64,000 nucleotides of DNA from Azolla caroliniana (Eukaryota > Plantae > Polypodiophyta). The stretch's first letter is position 1. Each line of letters opens with the position of its first letter. Shown one piece after another: positions 11,869 to 23,700 of this stretch. Position numbers and translations under genes: made by a program. The notes under the pieces are model-generated. The model saw only the letters and a program-made list of their open reading frames with translations, was not told the origin of the DNA and ran no database searches. The stretch covers positions 16,368,001 through 16,432,000 of the forward strand of contig JBHGNT010000014.1 in NCBI GenBank assembly GCA_043228905.1, read 5' to 3'.

Positions 11869-13249
11869 CTGTGTGTGCGCGCGCGTGAGAGAGAGAGAGA
11901 GAGAGAGAGAGAGACTATGTGACTTAGGCCACCATTTCAAGCTACAAAATGGAAATGAATAGGTTCCTTGGATTTTCAAGCTACGATGATGTTTACGCGC
12001 TGGAGATTGTGGAAAATTGAGAGAATTGTGAAGACAATTCATAGAGACAATACACATGTTTGAGAAATTGTAGTGGATGCTAGAAATGAGTGTGGATCTA
12101 TCACTTTCCAAACCATTAGCATTGGAAAAGCCATCAAGGACATGGTGATGGAACCGGTTCAGATGAGACAAGCAATTGAACTGGAAAATAAAGGAGTCAA
12201 AATGAAGAACAAAAAAGGTTTTGGGGAAATGAATTTGAAGATAAAAAGATAAGCAAAAGAACTTAGAGACTATAAAAAAGGTAAAATAGAAAAGTTTTTG
12301 TGAAAATCATGAGGGGAGAAGATCCAAGAGACACCAACTGCCAAAAGGATGAATTCACTGGAAATATTAAGATCCATGAACCAATGAAACGAAGTATGAA
12401 AAGGGTAAATGGAAAAGTTCTTTCGAAAATCACATGGGGCAAAGATCCAAGACAAAGCATCAAAAGGTTGAATACAATGAACTATTATGACCGAGAACCA
12501 AAGAAAGACATGCAACCACCTCAAGAAAAAGGGCTCGGGACTATTAAGATTGGATCACCTGAGGTAGTAGGGAAACCAAAAATAATGGCCTAGGGTTATT
12601 AACATGTACGCATCAAAAAGAAACTTGAGAGAAACACCTAGACCATACATTTTGGGGTCCATAATGTACAAGGCTCACGTGTCTTTAGATTTATGGGTGG
12701 AAATATGACTTAACTAAAAAAGGAGCTCATGTCCAAATCATTGGTACACATGGAAAAGGGCTTGACATGCATAACTTTCACACATTGTTATGTTGATGAT
12801 TGAAGCTTGCTATTGTGTATATACGCACCTAGTAAGCTTCTTCGATGCTCGTCAGTCATAGTTTATGTTTATTGTTGAACTAGTCTTTGTTGTGATGTTA
12901 CACTTGCACAAAAAAATGTTTTTCAGTTAAGCATATGTCTTACAATGGTACCAATAGATGTATCATATAGCTCAAGAAAAAGATAATCAATAATGGATGC
13001 CATGATGCTCAAAAGTACCTTATGATTTTACATTTAATTAAAGATTAGAGAAACCAGCAAAAGTCTTCACATGCATACGAAAGGCTTACTCAAAGAAAGA
13101 TAAGATGTGAGAAGTTAATTGATAATTTTCTTCCACCCTAGAGAAAGGAAATATATGTGGAAAATATTAGAGAAATACTAAGGACTTATGGAAACTCAAT
13201 TGTGATGGTTTTGTTTCACATATGCCTTCCTTCTTTTGTATTCATTTAG

Positions 13250-15100
13250 CTTAAATTGGTCATTTGCAAGGCGGCATGAAGACTGAAGTGCTCAAATGGA
13301 CTAGAAAGGAAGCAAATATTTGCATTGTAACAAGACACACATCATAGTTGGAGTAAAAATTGGTTCAAATCTTATATAAAAGGGGAGACAAAAATAATAT
13401 GAACAATTATCGGACAATCATGACTAGTCCTCTAAGTTATTTAGATGTACATATAGTGGAAGTGAAACTAAATGCATTAGCCAAAAAAATAAAAAGGCTT
13501 ATAAACAAGTTGATTTATGAAAACCAAATAACACCATCAATAGCCATGTCATTCTATATTGTTTGAAATACAAAGAACAATATTGTTGATATGTAGACTT
13601 CAAGACAACTACATACTCATATGGTGACATAAAGGCACCTTTGGAGACCCATGGAAGAATTTGTTGAGAAATAGGTCCCTCCGGATGGGAAGGAGAGCGC
13701 AAGTCAAAGAGAAGTGTAAGTTGAATCGATCGACAGTAACTTGGCCAAGGCCAATAGGCCGAGGTCGAAAAATCGACCGATTCCGAATTGAGAGTTAGAA
13801 GTAACTCTGTTGTAACCGTCTGGTAGACGAAGAAGAGCTCGAGGTTGTTGTCTGTGAGTCTCCTTGTATCCTCTCATATATAGCACAATAGTTTGGAGGT
13901 TGTGGGCTCCCATGGTTCTTTCCCTTTCAGGGTTTTCCACATAAACATTTTATGTCCTCTTGCTTGTGTATCCATTTTCTGTTCTTTCATTTCCACTTGT
14001 GAGTGATAATCGGTTGTGATCAATCTTGTTCTCTACATAAATCAATATAACAAGTGAAGATATGCTTGCAATTTCTCAATTGTACTAGAAGATAATATGC
14101 CATGTGCATATAGGAGATGATTTTGTTTTACTAGCATTGTTAGCATTAAGGATGCTCTTTCCCACTAACTTTTTTGTTTTTTGTGTTGATGAACTTGTTA
14201 CCATTGAGAATATATTAAACATTCTTTTGTTATATGCAAATGATGTGGTGCTGCTTTTTGCAAATACTTTAGTCATGCCAAAAAGCTTATGAGTGTATTG
14301 GAAAACTTATGTATGCATAATAAATTGAGTGGTAACAAAGATAAATCATGCATTGTGTGTTATAATGATCCACTTAAAATTGTAGAAAGTTTAAGGTATA
14401 TTAGTTTTTCTATGCATTGCAGAACATATGTAATGGTAGAGAAATTAAAGTTTGGATTTTCAAGAAATATCTCTTTGACACATTGGTAAAACTTGTGCTT
14501 CTCCATGAGGGTGAAGCATGAGGTAGTCGTGACTCGTAACCCTAAGTTCACTTAGAAAGAGTCATTTCCAAAACAAGTTGCTTATGAAGTTTCGTCAAGT
14601 CAAACTAAAAACACCATACATTGTCCCGACTCCTTATTGTGATTAGATCACTTCCTATTGACATCATAACTATGGAAACTGTTGTTAATTATATTCGTAA
14701 GGATTTAAAGAACCCGGACATTGGCTTTCCACACAAGTGCAAACTTTTGGGCTTCGAATAGAAACAAGACATGAAAGATGGTTTAGAAAATAGGATGCAT
14801 CCCATTTGTTTCATGATGCGGCAATAGGTTCTTTTATGAATGTAACTTTTGTGAACTTCAATGTATTGCACAACATTATATTACACATGTTGCCCGAAAT
14901 TACAAAACCATCTTCGTCTCCTTATAAAGAAACCAAGCCATCTATTTGTCCACCATTGCTTCAATACAACGTACATCACATGCTTTGATGCTAGATGGAG
15001 CATTGGGGCACAAGCGAGAGACTCATTGATTATGCATATTTTGTTGCGCACAAGAGTGTGGAATCAAAATAACACACTTTAATATAATCTACTATCAATC
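13250..15100 (+). mobile_element. Highly decayed LINE reverse-transcriptase remnant
   Basis: LYKRGDKNNMNNYRTIM, YVDFK and LLLYANDVVL (YADD-like). Boundaries approximate. Confidence 0.7.
13662..14052 (+). mobile_element. Short solo LTR related to the copia B LTR family, inserted in the LINE remnant
   Basis: Begins TGTTGAGAAATAGGTCCCTCCGGATGGGAAGG (B LTR begins TGTTGGTAAACAGGTCCCTCCGGATGGGAAGG), shares GGGTTTTCCAC and ends TAACA. No clean TSD. Confidence 0.75.
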
Positions 15101-16745
15101 ACATTCAAATTTGCTTTCGACATAATGTTAATCCAATCCTCCCCCTACACACATTCCTCTCAGAGTCACAATATGTACTCTCGATTGCAACATTTATTAA
15201 TAAAAAATTCTTGAACATCAAGAGTCACTATCCAATTCCATACATACCATGCAAAAACACTTGGTATACATTCATAAATACATTGTTTAGATTGTTAAAT
15301 CGGGATAGCTAGATTTTATATAGTAATTGGTTCATAATGACCATGAACATATTGATCGAGGCCATCCTAGTTGTTCCTTTGAAGTGGCATATTTGACGGT
15401 TAGTTTGTGTATGTGTTGACTTCAAGAATCACTCTAGAAAGTTCATTTGACTTGTGCATCTAATGTGGTGAGGTTGTTCTATCGAAATTGGTTATAGGAA
15501 CTAGAGGAGTGTCATGTTATACCGTTTTCACAAAGATATTTCTAGATGAAATCCCTTTATATGAATTTGTGCACATCTTAACTTTCTTCACATGGCATCC
15601 AATTGTGTGGATTCATATGGACTACATAATCATTAATAAGTATAAATTCATATATTCATATTTGAACCTCACCACTACACTATTGTGTCACATTTGTTAT
15701 GTTCCTTTGGGAAACAAATTTTTGGATAGTTATAGATTTGATTTTGTAAGTAGTAGTGAATGTGTATGATAAATACAATGTTAATCATATGTTTACGTTC
15801 TATAAAAATATATTCCATTTGTAGGACATAATAAATATGTGAAACAATGAGGACCGACACAAAGTTCAATGTATGTGTAGGTGGGGCTTTACAAAAGGGA
15901 CAAGGTTGTGGTAGCTAATAATGACTGCTTTCGAAATTGTCGGGATAAAAGATAAATGAACTGACAAAGTACAACTGATCATAGTTTGGAAAGAGGAAGA
16001 GAACTAGACTTTAATTGGTTTGGAATAAAGTATTGTTGAAAAATATTTGCCAAGTCGACATAAATATTTTAGCGGGGACTTCTTGTTTTTTGTTCATAAC
16101 TTTGGATGTTGTTGTCAAGGTTTACTAGCAAATAAATGATAATAATACATACATGTATGAAACACCAATGTTGATAGCTTAATGTAACCAAACTTGTGAA
16201 TGTGGTACTTTCTCAACAAGTCGACCCTTGGACACAAACACTAGATGGTAGGACCAAAGAAAGTCACATTTTAAACATTCCCGTGACGAAGTTGGCAGTG
16301 TCATGTTGGTGAGCTTCCCTAGAGTGAGCACTTTTATCCTCTAGAGTATTTTTTTCGGAAAAGGGAAAAATAACAGTTAAAAGAAGGTAGAAATTCCACC
16401 AGCCCCATGTATTAGCACGCGTGATATTGCCAGAAGGCCAAAATTGAGTAGAAGAAAAGGGTGAAAATATACAAAAGCTTTAAGCAAGCATCAAATGATT
16501 GTCATTTACACGAAAAAGCTCCATTGAATGAAAGATGTGTGCAGTATTGTGAACTTGATCGTAGACAAGAAACATGTTGTATCGATAAGCTTTTAAAAAA
16601 ACAAACCAAAACAACATGAAATTAATCAAGAACATAATTAATTGTCAATCAAAAAACACACACACACACACACAATGTCGTTCAAAATGAGGACCCTAAA
16701 TCTTTGGATAGTTCCATGGATGGACACTTTCTCGCAAAAACATGG

Positions 16746-16801
16746 TTTAGAGTTTAGGGCTCAAGGTTCAAGGTTCAAGGTTCAAGGTTTACAGTTTAGG
16801 A
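16746..16801 (+). repeat. Degenerate telomere-like 7-mer array (8 units)
   Basis: TTTAGAG TTTAGGG CTCAAGG TTCAAGG TTCAAGG TTCAAGG TTTACAG TTTAGGA in exact 7-nt register. Confidence 0.6.
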
Positions 16802-16926
16802 TAACACATTGAGCAAAAGCAATAACTTGGGACGTGTTGCCACTTGAAAGCTTTCTATATTGTGTTGAGGTTTATATGGCTTCGACTAGATCGCATTGCG
16901 CTTAGATGTGGTTGCGCATTTTGGTT

Positions 16927-16928
16927 AT

Positions 16929-16976
<48 letters not shown>

Positions 16977-17035
16977 GTATAGATAAGATATATAGATAGA
17001 GATATAGATATAGATATACATACATAAATAAATAA

Positions 17036-17067
<32 letters not shown>

Positions 17068-17095
17068 GCTATGAATGAATGGATGGATGGATGAA
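16927..17095. repeat. Compound microsatellite (AGAT/AT/TACA/GGAT) in the 3' region of the glyoxal oxidase gene
   Basis: Directly visible simple repeats. Confidence 0.95.
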
Positions 17096-17118
17096 ATAAG
17101 AGGAGAGGGGTTGTTGGT

Positions 17119-18894
17119 TTAAGCAGCTGCTGCAGGCGCGAATCGAACCCACGACCCCGTGCTCGGGACGGCGGCATTCACCACAACATACAACAAATAG
17201 TAGCCTGGTGGGGCAGCTATGGCACTTGGAGGTGCCTTCACCATTGCCCTCCACACAATGAAGCTGCTTGATGAGGAGGAGCCATGGGAAGAGGAGGAGG
17301 AGGAAGAAGAAGAAGAAGAAGAAGAATTCTCGGCAATCCGAACCGAAGCCGACACCGACACCGGCTCCAATAAGAGCTGCCTCTGATTCATCTGTGTAGA
17401 ATGTGTGGAGAATGATGGAGCATACACCTTGAATTCCACACTATCATTGTGACCAGAGCTCCCTTCATCTCCCACTGTGAAGTCAACCTCAAACAACTCC
17501 CCGTACCCGATCTGTTGGTTCGGCATGCCCACGATCCGCGGCCTGTCCGTGTCGAACCTCGGGTCTAGGTAGTAAGGACTGAATGCCTCAATCCTTAGCT
17601 CAGTTGGGTAAGGCACATCAGAGAAGGTGTAGCCCTCATTGGTGTTGCTCCCTCCCACAAGGACTCTACCATCGGGGAGCAGGACCGCGGTGGAATGGTA
17701 CATTCTCGGGATGATCGAGGCCGCGAGGACCTGGAACCGGGACCCGATCGGTCCGGACGGATTGTATAGAAATGGTGATAGAGACGGGTTAGTTGCACAC
17801 CCCCACCCTGCTGTCCCTTGCTTTGCACCATTGATGATGAGGATCTCGGAGGTCGGCAAGATGATCATGTCGCCCATAACCCGGCCCGATGGCATGTCTT
17901 CTATACTCCATTCCGGGTCCGGGTCGGTTATGACCATCCGACCACATGTCGCCAATGCTTGCGGGTAGGCCATTTTCGCCACTTGTTGCCACGCGCCATG
18001 CGGGGCCCCCCCGCATACCATCACCTCGACCCGTTGGAAAGCATCGGCCGCCGAGAGCGGGAGCATTACGGAAGAGCCCGAGGACGGGTAGTTCCGGCTC
18101 CCGCCCGCGAGATCCGGGAACGTCCGCACAACGCGGTTCACCTTGTAATCGAGAAGGATCGACTTGGAATTCGCAAAAATGAATAGGTTCCCGTCCGACG
18201 AGAGATGCAAGAAAGGGTAGAGGTTGTTCTCCGAAGACGGCTCGTTGGTCTGGAACAAGAAAGGGAGCGAGAATGCCGTGCCCTTGCCCGTGGCCGAGGG
18301 CACGAATTCGTACGAAAATGATCTCCTCCCGCCCACGACAATCACGGTATTGTCCGGTAGGATCTGGTTGGACGCGTACCACCTAGCGGCCCCAAGGCGA
18401 TCCGGCCGCTCATCCCAATCGCAACGGCTATCGTTGCACGGCACGAGCAATCGGACCACATTGGACCCGTCATTCCAACCCCCCGTCGACACAAGGGTCC
18501 CGTCCGCCAGGAAGGAAGCCGAGGAGCACCATGTGTCTGTGAGGACCTCGAGGGGCCGGACCGAATTCATGGAGAGGTCGAGCTCGACCGAATGCGCATA
18601 GCAATCGACCTTCAGCGCGAAGTCTCTCGGGTCGTGCCGGCATCTCCCGTCCGGGAGCTTGATCTCGGAGGGGCCGTAATCGGTTCGATCGAATATGATG
18701 ACCCTGTTGAGGTGGGTTAATGTCATGTGCATGGCCGATACGCCGCCATTCTCTACAAGGAGCTCCCACGAGCCCAGCAGCACCGCGCGGACATGAAGGT
18801 TTAAAAGCAGTGGGCAATGGAGATATGACCACATTAGGAAGATAAGAATCAAGTTGCCCCATGAATTGGGTCTAGCCAGTGTGCTACTAGGCAT
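17119..18894 (-). CDS. Secreted glyoxal/aldehyde oxidase (plant GLOX-like copper radical oxidase, AA5), 591 aa, intronless
   Basis: N-terminal hydrophobic segment; GVSAMH, TDTWCS, RWYAS, NNLYPF, RNYPSSG, PRMYHS, FSTHS..MNQR and APPGYYLL motifs. Candidate Cys-Tyr cofactor residues and Tyr/His/His copper ligands are present. Confidence 0.95.
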   Translation of the reverse strand: MPSSTLARPNSWGNLILIFLMWSYLHCPLLLNLHVRAVLLGSWELLVENGGVSAMHMTLTHLNRVIIFDRTDYGPSEIKLPDGRCRHDPRDFALKVDCYAHSVELDLSMNSVRPLEVLTDTWCSSASFLADGTLVSTGGWNDGSNVVRLLVPCNDSRCDWDERPDRLGAARWYASNQILPDNTVIVVGGRRSFSYEFVPSATGKGTAFSLPFLFQTNEPSSENNLYPFLHLSSDGNLFIFANSKSILLDYKVNRVVRTFPDLAGGSRNYPSSGSSVMLPLSAADAFQRVEVMVCGGAPHGAWQQVAKMAYPQALATCGRMVITDPDPEWSIEDMPSGRVMGDMIILPTSEILIINGAKQGTAGWGCATNPSLSPFLYNPSGPIGSRFQVLAASIIPRMYHSTAVLLPDGRVLVGGSNTNEGYTFSDVPYPTELRIEAFSPYYLDPRFDTDRPRIVGMPNQQIGYGELFEVDFTVGDEGSSGHNDSVEFKVYAPSFSTHSTQMNQRQLLLEPVSVSASVRIAENSSSSSSSSSSSSSHGSSSSSSFIVWRAMVKAPPSAIAAPPGYYLLYVVVNAAVPSTGSWVRFAPAAAA

Positions 18895-19356
18895 GGTGAA
18901 AGGAATGTCTTAGGGAAGAGCTCTTCCAAGGAGAGATAGAGTTTTTCTTTTTGTATGATGTTGTGGACCAAAGGAATGTGGTGTGAGAAAACAAGAGGAA
19001 TGTTGTCACACTAGGAATGGCATTACCATAGCTACATTTAGAAGAAGAGTGATTTGCAACAACACTAATGTATTGTGGTGAGATTGTAGCAATTAGTCCT
19101 TTTTTCTTACCAAATTGTGAACATTATTCACAATGTGAGAAAATGACTCTGCTATTCTAGTATTAAGATTGACTGAAGCTGTAAACAACAGTATGGGGAG
19201 TAACTAATAATGCAGGACTGATTCATTGCTATAGCCTATATACATGATTTTGGGGCTTACCTCCCATACCTTTAGCTCATTCACTATTGTTATAAAAGGA
19301 TGGGGGGGGGGGGGGGGGGCATACTAGTTTTTCAATCACAACATAACACCAAGATG

Positions 19357-19596
19357 GAGAGAATTGTCTATCAAGTCATTGAATAGGAGTGAAGATTTAA
19401 CACCAAATGGACATGCCAATTTTTTTGTAAGAGTCCATTGACACTTTGAGAGAATTGTCTATCAAGTCATTGAATAGGAGTGAAGATTTAACACCAAATG
19501 GACATGCCAATTTTTTGGTTGTGAATTCAACTAACTTGTCATGTACTTATGTATGAGTGTATGCCAATGATTGTAAGAGTCCATTGACACTTTGAA
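19357..19596. repeat. Local direct duplication (91-bp period) upstream of the glyoxal oxidase gene
   Basis: GAGAGAATTGTCTATCAAGTC...GCCAATTTTT at 19357 and 19448; TGTAAGAGTCCATTGACACTTTGA at about 19427 and 19572. Confidence 0.9.
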
Positions 19597-19952
19597 CTCC
19601 AACATTGAAACTTTGAACTCCAAATGATTGATTGGTTGAGATAATACACGCCTACACATACGCATACACATACGCATACGCCTACACATTCACATACACC
19701 TACACATGCACATGCACATGCACATGCACATGCACATACAATGTAAATTACACACATGTATCACGATTGGTTCACTCATATAGTTCATGCCTAAGCTCTA
19801 ATGGAAAGCTCGAGTATATGGTACTACTGCATTTTTGCATCACTAGTTCACTTCCTTTTCGTCTCTATCTAGCGATCCATATTTTGAGTGTGTATTAATA
19901 ATTAGATCTCTAAACAATTGGATTCTTTCTCTTTCTCTTTCTCTTTCTCTTT

Positions 19953-20003
<51 letters not shown>

Positions 20004-20108
20004 TGTGGTCAGCTTTTTTTGAATCAAATGAATTATTATTAATACACATATTAGGAATTTTGGATGAGTTGTCAATGTAGTATAGCCTTTATTTGTACGA
20101 TCTTGTTG

Positions 20109-20850
20109 AAACAAAAGGGATGGAGGGGAGAGGAGCTTCACAACTGGCATTGATCGAACATTATATTAGAAAACAAATTATACATATTGGTGTCGAGGAA
20201 AACATAACACCCCCCTCCTTAACACATCCAATGTGTTGAGGGGTTCCATGATCGGAACCACAATACACTACCTCGACGGATTGAGGTGAGGGCCTTGTCA
20301 ACGGGTAGAGAAGGCGCCCATGACGCGAGGTGCAAGTCGTGGGCTTCTAAGTCTTCTCAACGGATGGAGAAGACGCCCATGACTCAAGGTGTGAATCATG
20401 GGCTTGTGACATTGTCATGAAGCAATTGCTTCATGATATAAAAATAAAGTCAAATATTATATCAAGTGAAATTTGTGAGCCTTGAACCCATAACCTTTCA
20501 TCATACAAAAAACAAACCATTAGGACACACTATTTTATATAATAATTTTCATCATCATACTTATCTCCTATGTTTATTCTCATACATGAAAACTCAGATG
20601 AGCTAGCTATCATGCATCACATGTAAGACATGTGTGCCAAATGGTGATCATACATTTTAATGCATTGCATGAATGTCATGCACCCTCAGATATATCATAT
20701 GCATGTGAGCACCTATATAAAGAAAGGGAGGGGATGCATGTAAGGGGAAACAAAAGGGATGGAGGGGAGGGGAGCTTCACAATTGGCATTGGTCGAACAT
20801 TATAATAGATAACAAGTTGTACATATTGGTGTCGAGAGAAGCATAACCCC
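20109..20850. repeat. Pair of diverged ~100-bp direct repeats enclosing a ~59-bp tandem duplication
   Basis: AAACAAAAGGGATGGAGGGGAG..ACATATTGGTGTCGAG at about 20110 and 20748; internal CAACGG..GAGAAG.CGCCCATGAC twice at about 20299 and 20357. Confidence 0.8.
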
Positions 20851-23233
20851 TACCTCAATCTAGGGTATACACCAACTATGGAGAGGGAATTGTTGACCTC
20901 CCCTAGAGGGATTGTTTTCCACGTGCTAGGCATGTTGTGCAAAAAGGCACCCACCTTGGATGGAATTATAAAAGCCTTTTTGTTCTTTAGGTAGGGGAAG
21001 TAAAAATTAAAAAGAGTTTCCACATCTATAACACATTTCATCTTTTCCAACCTTGGGCGACCTACATTGGCTAGTCCAAATGCTAGTGAGAAAAAGTTTC
21101 TTGGGATATTTTGAACTCCAAATTTGTCTTTACATATAATTTCACTAGTCAATGAACCAACTGATACTCCATATGGTGTTACCCCTAGCATAGCATATTG
21201 TTTAAGAGAATAGAAATTGGTGTAAGTTAAGCCTCCTCTTGGTTCACCATCTTTAAGGGGCAACGGACATCTAAGCTAGATAAAGGATGAAAGTAGGTAA
21301 ATTTTAGTTCTAAAAAATTTGAAGGTCTTGGTTTTGACTTGGACTTGATAAAGGAACTAAGTGTTGCAATGAAGATGGAGCAACCATCTCATGCTTCACT
21401 TCTAGTATAGAATTCTACACAAATACACGTGAGAGCCCAATTGATACTTTCCCCATATGTCTCTACAACATGCACAACCAATGTTCAAATGAGAACAAAA
21501 GAATGTGTGATTCAAGAACATCCCATGCAATGCGACTAAAGACAACCTCCTCTACCCCCCCATCTCAAATCAATATATAACTACTACATCCTTGATTGAT
21601 ACCAATAGTGAAATTTTGACATATGCTCTATTTCTAGAGTTGGATTGACCTAGACTACCATTGGCTCTAGTTTTAACATGACCAAGTTCTCTTGTATACA
21701 ACTACTCTCATGTAAGGTGAAAATACAATTTGGAAAGCTAGGATATACCCTAAGGTTTTTCTCCTAGGCATCCCCCAAGAAGTGTGAATTCTAGTGTAAG
21801 AGTAAATTATGCCAAAAAAAGCTAGTGCATGACCCACAAAACACTCAAATGATCCTTTTTGAAATTCAAGATGACCTAAAACAATATTCGATCATTGGAA
21901 ACCTTATGAGCAAAGAGACAACAACATAGGTACCACACAATGAAAAGAGAAAGAGAACATCGATGGGCATTGAAGATAAACAAATCTAACCAAACCTTGG
22001 TATAGCTATGGCACCAAAACTAGTAGAGTTGAAATTGTTGCCTAATGAATGGATGGTCATTCACTAGGTAGCAGCCGAAGGCACCAATAAAGACCTTGTC
22101 ACTATTTAGTGGGTTAAGAAAAGCTTGACAAAACCACCAAAGTTGGTCGGTTATGCATAGACATTCTACCAAACCACTAAAATCAAGTCTCGCAACTCAA
22201 AAAGGCAAAGATAGAATTCTAAGGCAAAATACCCATTTGGAACCCAAAAGATGAACTCTTTATAAAAGGAATCATGACCAATGAGTACAGACACATGACA
22301 CATGTTGCACAAGTTCCTTTGGCAAAAATGAGAATGAAAGGTTTCACAAAAGTAAAAGTAAATGTGGGAATTTCATGGCAATATTTCATCAAACTATGTC
22401 ACATTGTCTTCCATGACATTATTATATAATACATAAGCAAATATTATGGGACAAGTATGTATTGATTACCCTCACAAAACCTTAGGGGTAGTTTGACATT
22501 TATACACAACTCTAGCCGCTTAAAACAATCGGTGCCTAACCAAAAGATATTCCCCACTAGCAAGGTTATTCACCAATGGGTAGTAAACAAATCATATCTT
22601 GTACATACCAAATAGGACCATGCATCATGCATGAAGGTGATATAACTAAACCAAAATCCACACTTAACTTTAAGCATGTCGCACACCATAGCAATTAATA
22701 CAATGAGCATCATTGTTACACAAATTGAATTAGAAATCTCACCTTCACAACCTATGGATACATTCATGAGGAAATTCAATGGTTTTAACTTGGCTACATT
22801 CTCTTCCCAAAATATCTTGAAAGTCATAGTTTTACGAGATTCCCATAGATAATATAGTACTTCCAATCGAATAGCATGTTCATTGAAGAACAAAGTCTTA
22901 AAATTAGACTAGTGGGCTCACCGACAAATTTGTGTTTAGACGAGAAGCACGCACCCCTTAAAGATCTTACAAGTAATACCACACAGGAAGAAAGAACTTG
23001 TGCCTCATCAACAAAGACACTCCCAAGAGAGAGAAAACACACTCAACACGCTATGTGCTCTAGCAAGGACGCACAAACACACAATAAAAACATGTTCTAG
23101 CAAAGAAACCATGTCTCCTCCTCACTTGCTCTAGATGTTCACAGCACATCACCAACGTAGTAGCAAAGATCACATTGGTCATCACCTATTCATGCACTCA
23201 AACAATGTGTGTGTGTGTGTGTGTGTGTGTGTT

Positions 23234-23419
23234 TCACCTCACAACGCAAACTTGACCTCTACAAAGATAACAAAGTTTCCTACGCACCAATGAAAAATCT
23301 AGCATCTTCTCTACCTCAAACTCCTCCCCATCTTTGATTCTGATTAAAAGGGGTGCAACAAGTTGGTGCTTGAGAAGAGAAGATAGATGGTAAGGTTCCA
23401 CGAGTGTTCTATGGTTCAA
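23234..23419 (-). mobile_element. Chromovirus (Ty3/gypsy) integrase C-terminal chromodomain fragment
   Basis: DGEEFEVEKMLDFSLVRRKLCYL resembles the EEYEVEKILDSR..RKL.YLV chromodomain start. Confidence 0.7.
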
Positions 23420-23429
23420 GTACTACATC

Positions 23430-23700
23430 TTGCTTCACTGACATCTCTTATGTAGAGCAAATTGGCTTTGAGATTGTAAAAAAACCCATTCCTATTGGTT
23501 GAGGCTATTGATGTGCGACCACTCGTTTCTAGCAAACTCAATCTAGAGACAACCTCAATGCTTATCCAACTCAATGCATATCAAGAGGATATTTCTCTCA
23601 ATCTCATTGCTTGTCCACATCGCCCTATTATCCTCATCTTACCTTGGCTTGAATCACACAAACCGATTATATACCAATGAAGTCAATCCATCAAATTCTC
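23430..23700 (+). mobile_element. Ty3/gypsy aspartic protease fragment
   Basis: VEAIDVRPL...PIILILPWLESHKPII resembles the IILGLPWL..HNP.IDW gypsy protease end. Confidence 0.6.

Noticed and set aside
12270-12600. Short ORFs with a duplicated GATCCAAGA block
   Set aside because: Weak ~120-bp degenerate duplication with no protein similarity.
17595-18862. Multiple overlapping ORFs within the glyoxal oxidase gene
   Set aside because: Alternative-frame artefacts of high GC content.
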